64,000 nucleotides of DNA from an uncultured delta proteobacterium (GCA_963808235.1 CAWEEQ010000004.1:2176001-2240000); one strand, 5' to 3'; shown: positions 38,032 through 50,511, counted from the first letter of the stretch. Notes: a model not told the origin generated them from the sequence alone. Translations and numbers: made by a program.

Positions 38032-38658
38032 TCAGTTCGCGAGGTTGTAGGCGCCGCCGCGTTCCAATGCTTTCTTGAAGGCGGGGCGCTCGTGCAGGCG
38101 CTTGGTCCATGCGTCGAGGTTCGGATACTGCGCGCGCTTGCCGAATGCGCCGGCTACTTCTCCGACGAAGCTCATCTGGATATCGGCGCCGGTGAGACCA
38201 TCGCCCACCAGAAACTGGCGGCCCTTCAAACTGCTGTCGATGTACGCGAGGTGATTGGCTATCTCGCTCTCGACGCGCGGCTTCAGTGGCGCGGCCGCAT
38301 CGCCGAGCCGAGCAGTGTACAGGTTGAGCATCAGCGGGAGCATCGCGGAGCCTTCCGCATAGTGCATCCATTGCACGTAATCATCATAAGCCGGACTGTC
38401 GGGCGCGGGCTGCAGACGGCCGCCGCCGTGGCGGCGTATCACGTAGTCGATTATCGCACCTGATTCGATGATGGTCCGATTGCCATCCGTGATGACCGGC
38501 GATTTGCCGAGCGGATGAACCTTCTTCAATTCCGGCGGCGCGAGCCGGGTTTGCGCATCGCGCTGGTACGGCTTGATCTCGTATGGCAGGCTCAGCTCTT
38601 CGAGCAGCCAGAGGATTCGTTGTGAGCGGGAATCGTTGAGGTGATGGACGACTAGCAT
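38032..38658 (-). CDS. Glutathione S-transferase
   Basis: SRSQRILWLLEEL, HPLGKSPV, ESGAI and LTGADIQMSF motifs. Confidence 0.95.
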   Translation of the reverse strand: MLVVHHLNDSRSQRILWLLEELSLPYEIKPYQRDAQTRLAPPELKKVHPLGKSPVITDGNRTIIESGAIIDYVIRRHGGGRLQPAPDSPAYDDYVQWMHYAEGSAMLPLMLNLYTARLGDAAAPLKPRVESEIANHLAYIDSSLKGRQFLVGDGLTGADIQMSFVGEVAGAFGKRAQYPNLDAWTKRLHERPAFKKALERGGAYNLAN

Positions 38659-38729
38659 GCGGCAATTCCTCCGTGCGGAGCATTATGTGCAGAATCGCGA
38701 GCGAACTCCACTGCGAAATCGAGACGAGG

Positions 38730-39359
38730 CTATCGCGGGGCGCATCCGCCGAGAAATAGAGTGGTGAGGATGTCCGCTGCGCGCTCGGGGGTGGTGTGCT
38801 CGCGGCTGTAGCGGGTGATTCCGCGCATCATGCCGAGCAGCGACTCGGCCGCGATTCGGGTGTCGATACCCGCGCGTATCGCGCCGTCCTTCACGCCCGC
38901 GTCGAGGACGCTGCTGATCAAGCTCGACAAGTCGTTGCGTTGCGCCCTGTACTGGCGCTCCTGCGAGCGCGGCAACGCTTTGGGATCGCGCAGCAACGCG
39001 AAGAACTGGCCCCGAGTCCAGAAGAAGCTCAGCGCATGATGCACGATCGCGGCGATTTGCGCGCGCATCGTGCTCGACCCGATCAGCGCCGCGCGAATCT
39101 CGCGTTGCAGTTCCGCGAACCCGTCGATCACGGCGGCCGCGTAGAGTTCCTCTTTCGATTTGAATTGACGATAGACGCTGCCCTTGCCGACCTTGGCGTG
39201 CGCGGCGACCTCGTCGATCAGGACCAGGTCGAATTCCTTTTCGGCAAAGAGTTCGGCGGCGCTTCGGAGAATTCTCTCGCGCAGAAACGGCGTCGAGGGC
39301 CTGCCGCGGCCGTCTTTGCGGCGAATCGTGGCGGAAGCCGATTGACGCCGTGCGCTCAC
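38730..39359 (-). CDS. TetR/AcrR family transcriptional regulator
   Basis: RERILRSAAELFAEK..IDEVAAHAKVGKGSVYRQFKSKEEL. Divergent from mdtA. Start estimated (GTG 39359). Confidence 0.92.
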   Translation of the reverse strand: MSARRQSASATIRRKDGRGRPSTPFLRERILRSAAELFAEKEFDLVLIDEVAAHAKVGKGSVYRQFKSKEELYAAAVIDGFAELQREIRAALIGSSTMRAQIAAIVHHALSFFWTRGQFFALLRDPKALPRSQERQYRAQRNDLSSLISSVLDAGVKDGAIRAGIDTRIAAESLLGMMRGITRYSREHTTPERAADILTTLFLGGCAPR

Positions 39360-39442
39360 GATCGGAAACCGGTGCAAATTGTGTTCGTATTCGTAGATGT
39401 CACCCGGGGACCCGATAGACACGCCGACAGACCAGTGCCTGT

Positions 39443-39470
39443 TTGAAATATGGACTGGCGGGTCCATAAT
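39443..39470 (+). promoter_or_regulatory. Candidate mdtA promoter with palindromic TetR operator
   Basis: TTGAAA-N16-CATAAT overlapped by the inverted repeat TATGGAC-N6-GTCCATA (39449-39468). Confidence 0.6.
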
Positions 39471-39526
39471 TGCAAGAATAGGGTCGGGTCATTATTTGCT
39501 TGCTTAAGAAGCGTGCTACGGAGAAC

Positions 39527-40774
39527 ATGATGGATTCAAACGCGCCAACGACCGGAAAGCCGAACGCCGCGCGCTTTATGCAGGATACCGAGGTCAGCAG
39601 CTGGACCGACAAAGTCGGTCAACGATGGCGCACGTGGCTGGTCGTTCTGCTCGTCGCAGGAGTGGTTCTCTATTTCCTGATCGGCAGGAGCCGCGGCGCG
39701 GCGGACACTTCGGCACAGGCGTCCGCGATGGCTCATCCGACGGTTCCGGTCGCCGCGGCGCCCGCAAAGACCGGCGACCTGAACCAATATATTTCCGCGA
39801 TCGGATCGGTGACGTCCTACAACACGGTGACCGTCAAGAGCCGAGTCGACGGCCAGCTCGACAAAGTAAATTTTACCGAAGGACAGTTAGTAAAGGCCGG
39901 AGATTTGTTGGCTGAGATCGATCCCCGTCCCTATCAAGTCGAGCTGGTACAGGCCGAGGGCACGCTGGCCAAAGATCAGGCGTCGCTCAACAACGCGCGG
40001 ACCTTGCTTGCGCGCGACAAGGCTTTGTACGACCAGCAAATTATCGCGCGCCAGGATCTCGATAACCAGGAAGCGGCGGTAGGACAGTTTGCCGGCTCGA
40101 TCGAGAGCGACAAGGGAGCGGTCGCGAACGCAAAGCTTCAACTGACTTACAGCAGAATCACTTCGCCGATCACCGGCCGGGTCGGGCTCAGGCTGGTGGA
40201 CGTCGGCAATATCATCCATGCGACCGACGCGACGGGACTGGTGGTGATCACACAGCTGCAGCCGATCGCGGTTGACTTCAGCATCCCCGAGGACGCCCTG
40301 CCCAGCCTGCAAAAAGCGATGCAAGCCAACAGCGAGTTGCCGGTCGAGGCTTACGACCGTGACTTCAAGAAGAAACTCGCGACCGGAACGCTGCTCACGA
40401 CCGACAACCAGATCGATCAGGCCACCGGCACGATCAAGCTCAAGGCTGCTTTTCCCAACACGGACAACGCGCTGTTCCCAAATCAGTTCGTCAACGCGAA
40501 GCTGCAGGTCGATACCATCCACGATACGATTCTCATCCCCGCGGCCGGGCTACAGCGCAGCCAGCAAGGTCAGTTTGTATATGTCGTCAAGCCGGACCAC
40601 ACCGTCGAGATGCGCATCGTGACCGTGGCCGCAACCCAGGGCGACGTGATCGCCATCGCGAAGGGTCTCAAGGCCGGCGAATTGGTCGTCACCGACGGAG
40701 TGGACAAGCTTCAGCAGGGGTCGCACGTGAATATGCAGATGGCGGCCGTGCCGCCGCCTGGAAACACTCCGTGA
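39527..40774 (+). CDS. mdtA: RND efflux periplasmic adaptor, MdtA/MuxA family
   Basis: [50 protein letters not shown] and LFPNQFVN motifs. Confidence 0.92.
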   Translation: MMDSNAPTTGKPNAARFMQDTEVSSWTDKVGQRWRTWLVVLLVAGVVLYFLIGRSRGAADTSAQASAMAHPTVPVAAAPAKTGDLNQYISAIGSVTSYNTVTVKSRVDGQLDKVNFTEGQLVKAGDLLAEIDPRPYQVELVQAEGTLAKDQASLNNARTLLARDKALYDQQIIARQDLDNQEAAVGQFAGSIESDKGAVANAKLQLTYSRITSPITGRVGLRLVDVGNIIHATDATGLVVITQLQPIAVDFSIPEDALPSLQKAMQANSELPVEAYDRDFKKKLATGTLLTTDNQIDQATGTIKLKAAFPNTDNALFPNQFVNAKLQVDTIHDTILIPAAGLQRSQQGQFVYVVKPDHTVEMRIVTVAATQGDVIAIAKGLKAGELVVTDGVDKLQQGSHVNMQMAAVPPPGNTP

Positions 40775-43700
40775 ATCTTTCCCGTCCGTTCATACTGCGG
40801 CCGGTTGCAACTTCTCTGCTGATGGTCGGACTGATGCTGGCCGGGCTGGTTGCTTACGGACAACTTCCGGTGTCGGCGCTGCCGCAGGTGGACTATCCAA
40901 CCATCCAGGTAATGACTTTTTACCCTGGCGGAAGTCCCGACGTGATGGCCTCTTCGGTGACGGCGCCGCTCGAGCGCCAATTCGGAGAAGTGCCCGGGCT
41001 CACCCAGATGACCTCGAACAGCTCGTTCGGCAGTTCGGTCATCACACTGCAATTCGACCTCAACTTGAACATCGATATTGCCGAGCAGGAGGTACAGGCG
41101 GCGATCAACGCGGCTGCGACTTACCTGCCGACGGATCTGCCGAACCCGCCCGTTTACAGCAAGACGAATCCGGCCGACGCGCCGATCCTCACACTGGCGC
41201 TGACGTTGAAGGAACTGCCACTGGACCAGGTCGAAGACCTGGCCGACACGCGGCTGGCCGAGAAGATCTCGCAACTGCCTGGCGTGGGCTTGGTGAGCAT
41301 CGGCGGCGGCCAGAAACCGTCGGTCCGGATCCAGGCTAATCCTACCTCGCTCGCGTCGTATGGAATGACGCTCGAGGATCTGCGGACGGCAATTGCCGCC
41401 GCCAACGTCGACGAGGCCAAGGGCAACTTCGACGGCAAGCAACAGGCGTACACGATCGGCGCCAACGACCAGCTCCTGACGGCCAAGGACTACATGCCGC
41501 TGATCGTCGCATATCACAACGGTGCGCCGATTAAGCTTTCCGACGTCGCAACCGCGGTCGACGACGCCGAGAACGTCAAGGCGGCGGCGTGGATGAACTT
41601 GACGCCGGCCGTGATCGTCAACGTTCAGCGCCAGCCCGGCGCCAACATCATCGCCGTCGTGGACCGTATCAAGGCTCTGATGCCGCGCTTGCAGGCTTCG
41701 CTGCCCGCATCAGTGAAGGTGGCGATCCTTACCGATCGAACGACCACGATTCGCTCGTCGGTGCAGGACGTGCAGTTCGAGCTGATGCTTACGGTGGCGC
41801 TGGTCGTGATGGTCATCTTTCTGTTCCTGCGCAGTCTGTCGGCGACGATCATTCCCAGCATCGCGGTTCCGCTCTCGCTGATCGGAACATTCGGGGTGAT
41901 GTATCTGCTCGGCTACAGTCTCGACAACCTGTCGCTGATGGCGCTTACGATTTCCACCGGCTTCGTGGTTGACGACGCGATCGTGATGATCGAAAACATC
42001 TCGCGCTTCATCGAGGAAGGCGACAAGCCGCTGGACGCCGCGCTCAAGGGGGCCGAGCAGATCGGTTTCACGATTCTATCGCTGACCGTGTCGCTGATCG
42101 CGGTGCTGATTCCGCTGCTGTTCATGGGCGACATCGTGGGCCGGTTATTCCGGGAATTCGCGGTCACGCTGGCGGTGACGATCCTGATGTCAGCGGTCGT
42201 GTCGCTGACGCTGACGCCGATGATGTGCGCGAAGCTGCTGAAGCATACGCCAGAGAATCAGCAGACCTGGTTCTATCGCAGGTCGGAAAAAGTATTCCAG
42301 GACACGATTGCGTTTTACGGCCGGACACTCGAATGGGTTCTGGAACACGAATTCGAAACGCTGATGGTCGCGATCGCCACGCTGGTCCTGACCATCGTGC
42401 TCTATATCGTGGTGCCTAAGGGCTTTTTTCCGGTGCAGGACACCGGCGTTATCCAGGGGGTTTCCGAAGCGCCGCAGAATGTGTCGTTCGCAGCGATGGT
42501 GCGCGGCCAGCAGGCCCTGGCGCATATCATTCTGCAGGACCCGGCGGTCGAGAGCCTGTCGTCGTTCGTCGGGATCGATGGCACCAACATCACGGTCAAC
42601 AGCGGGCGAATACTGATCAATCTGAAACCGCTCGATCAGCGCAAGGTTGACATCACCACGGTTATCAACCGGCTGGCGCCGAAGTTGGCGACCGTCAACG
42701 GGATAACGCTGTACCTGCAGCCGGTGCAGGACCTTACGGTCGAAGACCGCGTGAGCCGCACTCAGTATCAGTACAGCCTGGAAGATCCAAGCGGCGATGA
42801 ATTAAACGTATGGACCAAGAAACTGGTCGACAAGCTCAAGACGCTGCCCGCGCTGCGAAGCCTCGCGACCGACCAGCAGAACGCCGGCTGGGAAGAGCAT
42901 ATCGTCATCGATCGGCTGACCGCCTCGCGCCTGGGCATCACGCCGAATCTGATCGACCAGACCTTGTACGACGCCTTCGGTCAGCGGCAGGTGTCGACGA
43001 TCTTCACGCAGCTGAACCAATATCACGTGGTACTCGAAGTGGCGCCTGAGTTTCAGCGAAATCCGCACGCGCTCGACGACATCTATATTCGCTCGAACAC
43101 CGGCGGTGAGGTGCCGCTTAGCGCGTTCACCCGCTTCGAACCGGGTTCGGCCCCGCTTGCCGTCAACCATGAGGGCCAGTTTCCCGCGGTTACAATCTCG
43201 TTCGATCTCGCTCCGGGCTACGCGCTGGGCGATGCGGTGACCGCGATCGACCAGGCGCGCGCGGAAATCGGGATGCCGGACAGTATCTCGGCTTCGTTCC
43301 AGGGAACCGCGGCGGCGTTCCGCGCGTCGCTCAAGAACGAGCCGCTGCTGATCCTCGCGGCGCTGGTAACCGTGTATATCGTGCTCGGAGTTCTCTACGA
43401 GAGTTACATTCACCCGGTCACGATTCTCTCGACCCTGCCTTCCGCCGGCGTCGGCGCGATCCTGGCGCTGATGATCTGCGGCTCCGATCTGAACGTGATC
43501 GCGCTCATCGGTATCATCCTGCTGATCGGTATCGTGAAGAAGAACGCGATCATGATGATCGACTTCGCCCTTGAAGCTCAGCGTGAGGAGGGCAAGCCGC
43601 CGCACGAAGCGATCTTCCAGGCCTGCCTGCTGCGCTTCCGGCCAATCATGATGACCACGATGGCGGCGTTGCTGGGCGCATTGCCGCTCGCGCTGGGAAC

Positions 43701-43887
43701 GGGAGTCGGCTCTGAGTTGCGCCGCCCGCTCGGAATCGCAATCGTCGGCGGCCTGCTGATAAGCCAGGTGCTCACGCTATACACCACGCCGGTGATTTTC
43801 CTGACCTTCGACCGGATGGCGGCGCGATTTGCCAAATGGCGCGCAAAGGACGTTGTTCCGGAGACCGCTCCGGCTCGTGCGTTATGA
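40771..43887 (+). CDS. mdtB: RND multidrug efflux permease, MdtB/MuxB
   Basis: [48 protein letters not shown] and [15 protein letters not shown] motifs. Confidence 0.95.
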   Translation: MNLSRPFILRPVATSLLMVGLMLAGLVAYGQLPVSALPQVDYPTIQVMTFYPGGSPDVMASSVTAPLERQFGEVPGLTQMTSNSSFGSSVITLQFDLNLNIDIAEQEVQAAINAAATYLPTDLPNPPVYSKTNPADAPILTLALTLKELPLDQVEDLADTRLAEKISQLPGVGLVSIGGGQKPSVRIQANPTSLASYGMTLEDLRTAIAAANVDEAKGNFDGKQQAYTIGANDQLLTAKDYMPLIVAYHNGAPIKLSDVATAVDDAENVKAAAWMNLTPAVIVNVQRQPGANIIAVVDRIKALMPRLQASLPASVKVAILTDRTTTIRSSVQDVQFELMLTVALVVMVIFLFLRSLSATIIPSIAVPLSLIGTFGVMYLLGYSLDNLSLMALTISTGFVVDDAIVMIENISRFIEEGDKPLDAALKGAEQIGFTILSLTVSLIAVLIPLLFMGDIVGRLFREFAVTLAVTILMSAVVSLTLTPMMCAKLLKHTPENQQTWFYRRSEKVFQDTIAFYGRTLEWVLEHEFETLMVAIATLVLTIVLYIVVPKGFFPVQDTGVIQGVSEAPQNVSFAAMVRGQQALAHIILQDPAVESLSSFVGIDGTNITVNSGRILINLKPLDQRKVDITTVINRLAPKLATVNGITLYLQPVQDLTVEDRVSRTQYQYSLEDPSGDELNVWTKKLVDKLKTLPALRSLATDQQNAGWEEHIVIDRLTASRLGITPNLIDQTLYDAFGQRQVSTIFTQLNQYHVVLEVAPEFQRNPHALDDIYIRSNTGGEVPLSAFTRFEPGSAPLAVNHEGQFPAVTISFDLAPGYALGDAVTAIDQARAEIGMPDSISASFQGTAAAFRASLKNEPLLILAALVTVYIVLGVLYESYIHPVTILSTLPSAGVGAILALMICGSDLNVIALIGIILLIGIVKKNAIMMIDFALEAQREEGKPPHEAIFQACLLRFRPIMMTTMAALLGALPLALGTGVGSELRRPLGIAIVGGLLISQVLTLYTTPVIFLTFDRMAARFAKWRAKDVVPETAPARAL

Positions 43888-46800
43888 GTATCTCCGAAGT
43901 TTTCATAAGGAAGCCCGTCGCCACCACGCTGCTGACTATCGCGCTGGCACTGGCGGGCGCGATCGCGTTCCGGTTGCTCCCGGTTTCGCCGTTGCCGCAG
44001 GTCGAGTTTCCGACTATCCAGGTCCAGGCGTCGTTGCCCGGGGCGAGTCCGGAGACGATGGCCTCGTCGGTGGCGACTCCGCTCGAGCGCCAGTTCGGCC
44101 GTATCGCCGGTCTGACGGAACTGACTTCGACCAGCTACCTGGGCGCCACCTCGATCGTTTTGCAGTTCGATCTGGACCGCGATATCAACGCCGCCGCACG
44201 CGACGTTCAGGCCGCGATCAATGCCGCGGCGGGGCAACTGCCGAGCACCCTGCCGAGCAAGCCACTTTACCGAAAAGTCAATCCCGCCGATGCGCCGATC
44301 CTGATTCTCGCGCTCACCTCGGACACCATCCGCCCGGGACAGATGTACGACGCGGCGGATTCAATCCTCGAGCAGAAGCTCTCGCAAATAGACGGCGTCG
44401 GCCAGGTAACCGTGGGCGGGAGCGCGCTGCCCGGCGTCCGGGTCGAATTGAATCCAACCCAAATGAGCAACCTCGGCATCGGTCTCGACACGGTGCGAAC
44501 TGCCCTGAACACGGCCAATGCGAACCGGCCCAAGGGCGAACTTGCCGACGACACTCAGACATGGGGGTTGAGCACGACCGATCAGCTGCTCAAGGCCGAG
44601 GACTACCAGCCCCTGATCGTTCGCTACAATCAAGGCGCCGCGGTTCGGCTTTCAGATATCGCCACGGTGCGAGACTCGGTCGAGAACGTTCGCGCGGCGG
44701 GGATGGTCGATGGCAAGGTCGCCGTTTTGATCATCGTTTTCCGCCAGCCGGGCGCAAACATCATAGACACGGTCGATCGGGTCAGCGCCGCGCTGCCGCA
44801 ACTGCGCGCCTCGATCTCGCCCGCGATCAAACTCAGTGTGGTAATGGATCGCACCACGACCATCCGGGCCTCGGTGCACGACGTCGAGTTCACGATGTGC
44901 ATCTCGATCGCACTGGTGATCATGGTGGTGTTCGTGTTCCTGCGTAACCTGCGTTCCACCTTGATTCCCGGAGTCGTGGTTCCGCTCTCTCTGATCGGAA
45001 CCTTCGGCATCATGTACCTGCTCGGTTACAGCCTCGACAACCTGTCGCTGATGGCGCTGACGATTTGCACGGGCTTTGTGGTTGACGATGCCATCGTCGT
45101 CATCGAGAACATTTCGCGCTACCGGGAACAGGGGATGCCGCCGTTCGAAGCGGCGATCAAGGGCGCCGCCGGGATCGGCTTCACGGTCATATCGATCAGC
45201 ATCTCGCTGGTGGCGGTCTTTATCCCGATTTTGCTGATGGGCGGAATCGTCGGGCGGCTGTTCCGCGAGTTCGCGGTAACCCTGTCGGCCGCAGTCCTCG
45301 TCTCGTTGGTCATTTCGCTTACTACGACGCCGATGATGAGCGCGCACCTGCTCAAGCCACACGACCAGGAGAACCAGGGCCGCTGGTACCTTAAGAGCGA
45401 GCGCTTTTTCAAGGGGATGCTTGACCGCTACGAAAGCAGCCTGTTGTGGGTTCTGGACCATCAGCCGCTTACTCTGATGGTATTTTTCGCGACGCTCGGG
45501 CTCAGCATTTTTCTGTTCGAGTTCGTGCCCAAGGGATTCTTTCCACAGCAGGACACCGGGCGCCTGATGGGCGCCGTGCAGGCCGACCAGGACACTTCGT
45601 TCCAGGCAATGAAGGATCGGCTTACACAGCTGGTCGCGGTCATCCACAAAGACCCGGCCGTGGACAACGTGATCGCATTCACCGGCGGCAATGGCGCGAC
45701 CAATACCGCGAACATGTTCATCGGGCTGAAGCCGCTCGGCGAGCGAAAGATCAACGCCGATCTGGTTATCGGGCGGATCCGCAAAGAGGTCGCTCACGTT
45801 GCCGGCGTAAATCTCTATCTGCAAGCCACGCAGGATTTGCGCATAGGCGGCAGAAGCAGCAACGCGCAATACCAATTCACCCTGCAGTCCGACGACCTCA
45901 ATGAACTCAACGGATGGGCGCCGAAGGTGCTCAAGAAATTGCGCACCCTCCACATGCTTACCGACGTGAGCAGCGATCAGCAGAACAGCGGACTTGAAGC
46001 CAACGTGGTCGTCGATCGCGCCACTGCCGCGCGGCTCGGACTCTCGCAACAGGCAATCGACGATACCCTCTACGACGCGTTTGGACAGCGGCAAGTGTCG
46101 ACGATGTACACGCCGCTGAACCAGTACCATGTGGTGATGGAAGTCTCGCCCGATTTCTGGCAGAACCCAGACTCGCTCGAGCATATCCGGGTGCTCTCCA
46201 CCAACGGCCAGCTGGTGAAGCTCAGCACGTTCACGCACTTTGGGAACGATACGACCGCGCTCGCGGTCAATCACCAGGGGCAATTTCCGTCGGTGACGAT
46301 CTCATTCAACCTCGCGCCGGGCGAGGCTCTGGGCGACGCGGTCAACGCGATTGCGCAGGCTGAGCAACAGATCCACATGCCTGCCGACATCCGTGGGACA
46401 TTCCAGGGAACCGCGCAGGCGTTCCAGGACTCGCTCAAGAACGAAGGGTTCCTAATCGCGTTCGCACTTTTCGCCGTTTACATCGTGCTCGGCATTCTCT
46501 ATGAAAGTTACATCCATCCGATCACGATTCTCTCGACACTGCCCTCGGCCGGGGTCGGTGCGATCCTCGCGCTCTTACTGTTCCACATCGAGCTGAGCGT
46601 GATCGCGCTGATCGGAATCATCCTGCTGATAGGCATCGTGAAGAAAAACGCGATCATGATGATCGACTTTGCGCTCGAGGCTCAACGCGGCGAGGGCAAG
46701 TCGCCGCACGACGCCATCTATTCAGCGTGCGTGCTGCGTTTCCGACCGATCATGATGACGACGATGGCAGCGATGTTGGGCGGATTGCCGCTAGCGCTGG

Positions 46801-46997
46801 GAAACGGCACGGGCTCCGAGATGCGCCGCCCGCTTGGAATCGCGATCGTGGGCGGACTGCTGGTGAGCCAAGTGCTGACGCTGTATACGACGCCGGTGAT
46901 CTACTTGTACATGGACCGGCTGAGCGCGGGATGGTCGAAATTGTGGCGTCGCGCGCTTGGCCGATCGACGCCTGCGCGGGCTGACTCGCGCGCGTGA
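43884..46997 (+). CDS. mdtC: RND multidrug efflux permease, MdtC/MuxC
   Basis: [37 protein letters not shown] and [18 protein letters not shown] overlap with mdtB. Confidence 0.95.
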   Translation: MSISEVFIRKPVATTLLTIALALAGAIAFRLLPVSPLPQVEFPTIQVQASLPGASPETMASSVATPLERQFGRIAGLTELTSTSYLGATSIVLQFDLDRDINAAARDVQAAINAAAGQLPSTLPSKPLYRKVNPADAPILILALTSDTIRPGQMYDAADSILEQKLSQIDGVGQVTVGGSALPGVRVELNPTQMSNLGIGLDTVRTALNTANANRPKGELADDTQTWGLSTTDQLLKAEDYQPLIVRYNQGAAVRLSDIATVRDSVENVRAAGMVDGKVAVLIIVFRQPGANIIDTVDRVSAALPQLRASISPAIKLSVVMDRTTTIRASVHDVEFTMCISIALVIMVVFVFLRNLRSTLIPGVVVPLSLIGTFGIMYLLGYSLDNLSLMALTICTGFVVDDAIVVIENISRYREQGMPPFEAAIKGAAGIGFTVISISISLVAVFIPILLMGGIVGRLFREFAVTLSAAVLVSLVISLTTTPMMSAHLLKPHDQENQGRWYLKSERFFKGMLDRYESSLLWVLDHQPLTLMVFFATLGLSIFLFEFVPKGFFPQQDTGRLMGAVQADQDTSFQAMKDRLTQLVAVIHKDPAVDNVIAFTGGNGATNTANMFIGLKPLGERKINADLVIGRIRKEVAHVAGVNLYLQATQDLRIGGRSSNAQYQFTLQSDDLNELNGWAPKVLKKLRTLHMLTDVSSDQQNSGLEANVVVDRATAARLGLSQQAIDDTLYDAFGQRQVSTMYTPLNQYHVVMEVSPDFWQNPDSLEHIRVLSTNGQLVKLSTFTHFGNDTTALAVNHQGQFPSVTISFNLAPGEALGDAVNAIAQAEQQIHMPADIRGTFQGTAQAFQDSLKNEGFLIAFALFAVYIVLGILYESYIHPITILSTLPSAGVGAILALLLFHIELSVIALIGIILLIGIVKKNAIMMIDFALEAQRGEGKSPHDAIYSACVLRFRPIMMTTMAAMLGGLPLALGNGTGSEMRRPLGIAIVGGLLVSQVLTLYTTPVIYLYMDRLSAGWSKLWRRALGRSTPARADSRA

Positions 46998-47004
46998 TCG
47001 GCGA

Positions 47005-47538
47005 TCAGTAATTGGCAGGTACGTGCATCGCTTCCTGGATTTCATACCAGGAGACTGGCTGATCGGTTTCGAGGTCTTTGATTGCCCGGTCAGCCTTCTT
47101 TTCCTGCACTGAGAAATTCTGCGCAATAACCGGGTCTCGCGTCCAATCCCACCAGCCGCGGTTGTCACGCCACTTAGCTTGCTCAAGTTTCTGTATTAAC
47201 TCGGCGCGTTGCGTTTCGGAGAGAGATTTCGGCGGGACAAACAGCGCGGCGCGCACATCCGCTTGAGGGACACGGACACCGTGTTCGAGGTCGCTAATGA
47301 CATCTTCGACATGGTCCGCTCGCAGCATGAAGTCTCCGGCCGCGACCGGTCCGACGCTCAAATCGGATGCATTGCAGAGATCGAGTGCTTTCGCCGCGCG
47401 CAATTGTTGAATCAGCTCAGTACTATCCGGCATCGGCGCGTAAGATTCAGTCGGCGCACACGCCGACGGTATAGGGACAAGAAGAAGCGTGCTCGAGATT
47501 ATAATCACGCGCCAGTAACTATTCAGTTTTTCAAGCAT
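47005..47538 (-). CDS. Hypothetical exported helical protein
   Basis: Hydrophobic N-terminus ending in SAC, with an internal two-fold repeat (ELIQQL..AK / ELIQKL..AK; DLEHG.RVP / DLETD.PVS). Confidence 0.55.
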   Translation of the reverse strand: MLEKLNSYWRVIIISSTLLLVPIPSACAPTESYAPMPDSTELIQQLRAAKALDLCNASDLSVGPVAAGDFMLRADHVEDVISDLEHGVRVPQADVRAALFVPPKSLSETQRAELIQKLEQAKWRDNRGWWDWTRDPVIAQNFSVQEKKADRAIKDLETDQPVSWYEIQEAMHVPANY

Positions 47539-47714
47539 GACGTGCACCGCGGCGAGACTTAGCCTCTGAGGATGGATCCGTGACGGACCCGATAGCTCTA
47601 AGAATAATCGGCGAGGATCGATGTTACAAGAAACATTCGGGCGGGCGAGCGCCGACGCTGCTGCGGAGTGATCAGGCGGTGCATGCGCTTGCGCATGCAC
47701 CGCCGTCTTGAGGG

Positions 47715-49337
47715 TTAGTACCTGAACTCCAGGTGCAGGAAGAATGCGTGCGTATCGCGCGGTACGGCAAAATCGGTGACCGTATGCTTCGGTCCCATTC
47801 CGACATGCGCGAACTGGTCGTGGTAGTACATGATCGCCTGTGAGTCGGCAGCCACGCGCAGATACTTGTTGATAAGCCACTGCACGCCCAGGTCATAGCG
47901 TTGGAAGTCGAGCGGGTTCTCCTCCTGGCGCGTGTTGGGCAAGAACTGCTGGAACAGGCCGAAGAACGTGAACGGCGTGTGCGGGATATCTAGGTGACCG
48001 AGTACGTCCCAGCCCATCTGCACGGACTGAGTATTCTGGATGTTCTTGACCATCTTATCCCAAGCCGCGAACCCGGTCGGAGTGGTAGGCGTCATGAAGT
48101 CGTCAAGAGGTCCGCTACCCGAGAACAGGTTGCCACTGGTGAACGCATTGTGGCCGTAATCCCACTCGCCGATAATGCCCCAGGTCTCGGCAGTATAGTG
48201 CAGCAGCGCCGCGGCTCGCGCGAGATGCGCGCACGAGGTGTTCTTGAAATTCAGGTCCGGCGTGCACTTGTTGGAGTAGCCGTAATCATAGAAGCCGGTG
48301 AGGCCAAGGCCATCGTACCGCGAATGGGCGCCAAGCGGATTGACCGTGACCCGACCCATCACCTGCTTGTAGGCACTCTGCTCTTGAGCGTGGAAGCTCG
48401 CGTCGTTATAGACGCCGAAGTCGTAGTCGGCGTACTGGGTCTCATGATATTTGATCGGACCCTTCATCGAGACGCCGACCTGCGATGAGCTGAGGCTCAA
48501 ATAGTTCCACGGCGTCAATGCGGTGTACCGGAAGCCCCACAGATTCTCTTCCCAATCGACGAGCGGATTCTGCTGCTGGCCGAAAGTGAATTTGTCGTCG
48601 CTGAGAGCGGGGATCTTCAACACCTTTTTGAAGAAGGTATTGTAGTCGAGATAGGCGTACTTCAAGCGAAAGCCCAGGTCGCCGTCGAGCGAGCTGGCAA
48701 AACCGCTGGTCTTTCCTACGGCGTCAGGGCTCGCGGTTCCGACTTGCGCGTATATGTTGGGCGTCACGCGCATCGAAACGTCATCAACCGGCGTGAATTT
48801 GAAATCCAGGTAGGTGCGTGTGATATTGAACGCGTTGAAGCTGTTGTTGCCGGGACCGGGCCAGTTCTGCTGAGTCAGGAACTGCGGGCCAAATCCGGTG
48901 TGCGAGAAGTACCCATAATCCGCGTAGACCAGCGCGCCGATCGAGATCTTCTTGAACCAGCGGTCGCCGAACTCCTGGACGAAGGGCTGCATCTGTGAAA
49001 CCTGCTTCGCCATCTCGGCGTTCCACTGCTGCTGCTGCGCCGCCCGGCTGGCGAAGTCTGCCTGCATCGCAGCGCGATCGGCGTCGAGTTGCTGCTGGGT
49101 TCGGATTTCGACTTTGCGCTCGATCTCCTCGGTAGATCCGGCGGGTACGTATTCGCCGAGCTTTATGCACCTTTTGCACGGTTTGTAGAACACCTGTCCG
49201 GTGCTCTGATCGGCATATAGGGTGACCGATCTGACCTCGGCGGCGTTCGCGTTGATGGGTGTGATTGCGATGCTGCTGAGCATCAGGATGGTGCCTAGCA
49301 CCGACAGCGCAATCATTCCTGTCCGTCGTCTCATCAT
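47715..49337 (-). CDS. Outer-membrane porin-like beta-barrel (OprO/OprP-like architecture)
   Basis: Signal peptide, TLYAD..TGQVFYKP, coiled-coil, AFNITRTYLDF, FRLKYAYLD, and a C-terminal FFLHLEFRY beta-signal. Confidence 0.7.
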   Translation of the reverse strand: MMRRRTGMIALSVLGTILMLSSIAITPINANAAEVRSVTLYADQSTGQVFYKPCKRCIKLGEYVPAGSTEEIERKVEIRTQQQLDADRAAMQADFASRAAQQQQWNAEMAKQVSQMQPFVQEFGDRWFKKISIGALVYADYGYFSHTGFGPQFLTQQNWPGPGNNSFNAFNITRTYLDFKFTPVDDVSMRVTPNIYAQVGTASPDAVGKTSGFASSLDGDLGFRLKYAYLDYNTFFKKVLKIPALSDDKFTFGQQQNPLVDWEENLWGFRYTALTPWNYLSLSSSQVGVSMKGPIKYHETQYADYDFGVYNDASFHAQEQSAYKQVMGRVTVNPLGAHSRYDGLGLTGFYDYGYSNKCTPDLNFKNTSCAHLARAAALLHYTAETWGIIGEWDYGHNAFTSGNLFSGSGPLDDFMTPTTPTGFAAWDKMVKNIQNTQSVQMGWDVLGHLDIPHTPFTFFGLFQQFLPNTRQEENPLDFQRYDLGVQWLINKYLRVAADSQAIMYYHDQFAHVGMGPKHTVTDFAVPRDTHAFFLHLEFRY

Positions 49338-49628
49338 TTCCCTCCCTGGATCCTCCCCGGAATCCATTGTTCCCCGACCGCTGCTCGCGACGCGGTCCGG
49401 CCCACGTACAAAAAAGCCAGTCCGTATTCTGCGGCTGCGGCAAACTAACCAGCGAGCGTTACGACATGATGAGTCGATTGTTACGAACGCGCGAATTCGG
49501 AGCCGGAATGTGGAAGAAATTCAAATTTGAGATCGGGAGCATTGAGGGTTCGGTAGCGAGCCGCACCTTTCCCGGATATTGCTATCATACTTGTCATATC
49601 GCTCGTAACATGGCATTCAATTGCGGTC

Positions 49629-50511
49629 ATGAGAAACACAAATCTCGCACAGTTCCGTGTCCTCATCGTGACTCTCGTCTGGTCGGCGCTGATGCTCGCC
49701 ACGACGACGCCTTGCCACGCGCAGAGCGTCTCGGAGTTTGGGTGCGCGATCGAGAACTACTTCATAAACTGGTTTCCGCGCGTCACTCAAATCCAGAGCG
49801 AGCAGCCGCACTGGGTAACTCCGTTAGTGACGGTGACGCCGCGGCTCGAGGAGGAGGTTCGCTACGACCAGTTCTTCCAGTCGTCGCGCAACGGGCTTGC
49901 GATCGACAACTTCGGCGGCGGCAAGGGAATCGAGCTCATCCCGTTTCAAAGTACGGAGGTCATAGTAGGGGTTCCGGCGTTTCTGAAGCGCAACATGCCG
50001 CGCAATACCGACGGCTTCGCCGACTGGCCGTTCCTGGTGAAGGTGCGGCTGCTCTCATCCAACGAGGAGCACGGCAACTACATCGTCACCGCATTCATGG
50101 GATTCACGCGTGCCGACCGGCTCGAACGTCAACGGCAACGGACACGCGCTCTTCACCCCGACGCTCGCGGCCGGCAAGGGGTTCGGCAACTTCGATGTAC
50201 AGTCGACGGTCGGCGTCGCGTTCCCGAGCGGCGGTCTCGATCGACTGGGGATGCCGCTGGCGTGGAATACCGCCTTCCAGTATCGCATCTGCAAATATTT
50301 CTGGCCGGAGTTTGAAACCAACTACACCTGGCAGTCGTACGGCGCCGACACCGGTCACAACATGCTCTTTCTCACGCCCGGGATCCTGATCGGGCGGATT
50401 CCGATTCATGACCGGGTTGGCCTGACCTTCGGCGTCGGCGAACAGGTCGCGGTCACAAATCACCGCAACTACAATCACAACCTGATTCTGACTGCGCGAA
50501 TACCGTTCTGA
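49629..50511 (+). pseudogene. Secreted outer-membrane barrel/transporter-like protein with a single +1 frameshift near 50108
   Basis: Signal peptide and QPHWVTPLVTVTPRLEEEVRYD. At ttc acg c gtg ccg the frame shifts to VPTGSN..PTLAAGKGFG..ILTARIPF* (C-terminal Phe). Confidence 0.7.

Noticed and set aside
44652-46283. 543-aa antisense ORF, and similar long ones such as 29398-30789, 61788-62828 and 18411-19418
   Set aside because: These are shadow ORFs opposite well-supported genes in high-GC3 DNA, with no recognisable motifs.
49611-49624. TGGCATTCAATTGC as a sigma54 promoter
   Set aside because: GG-to-GC spacing is 9 nt rather than the required 10.
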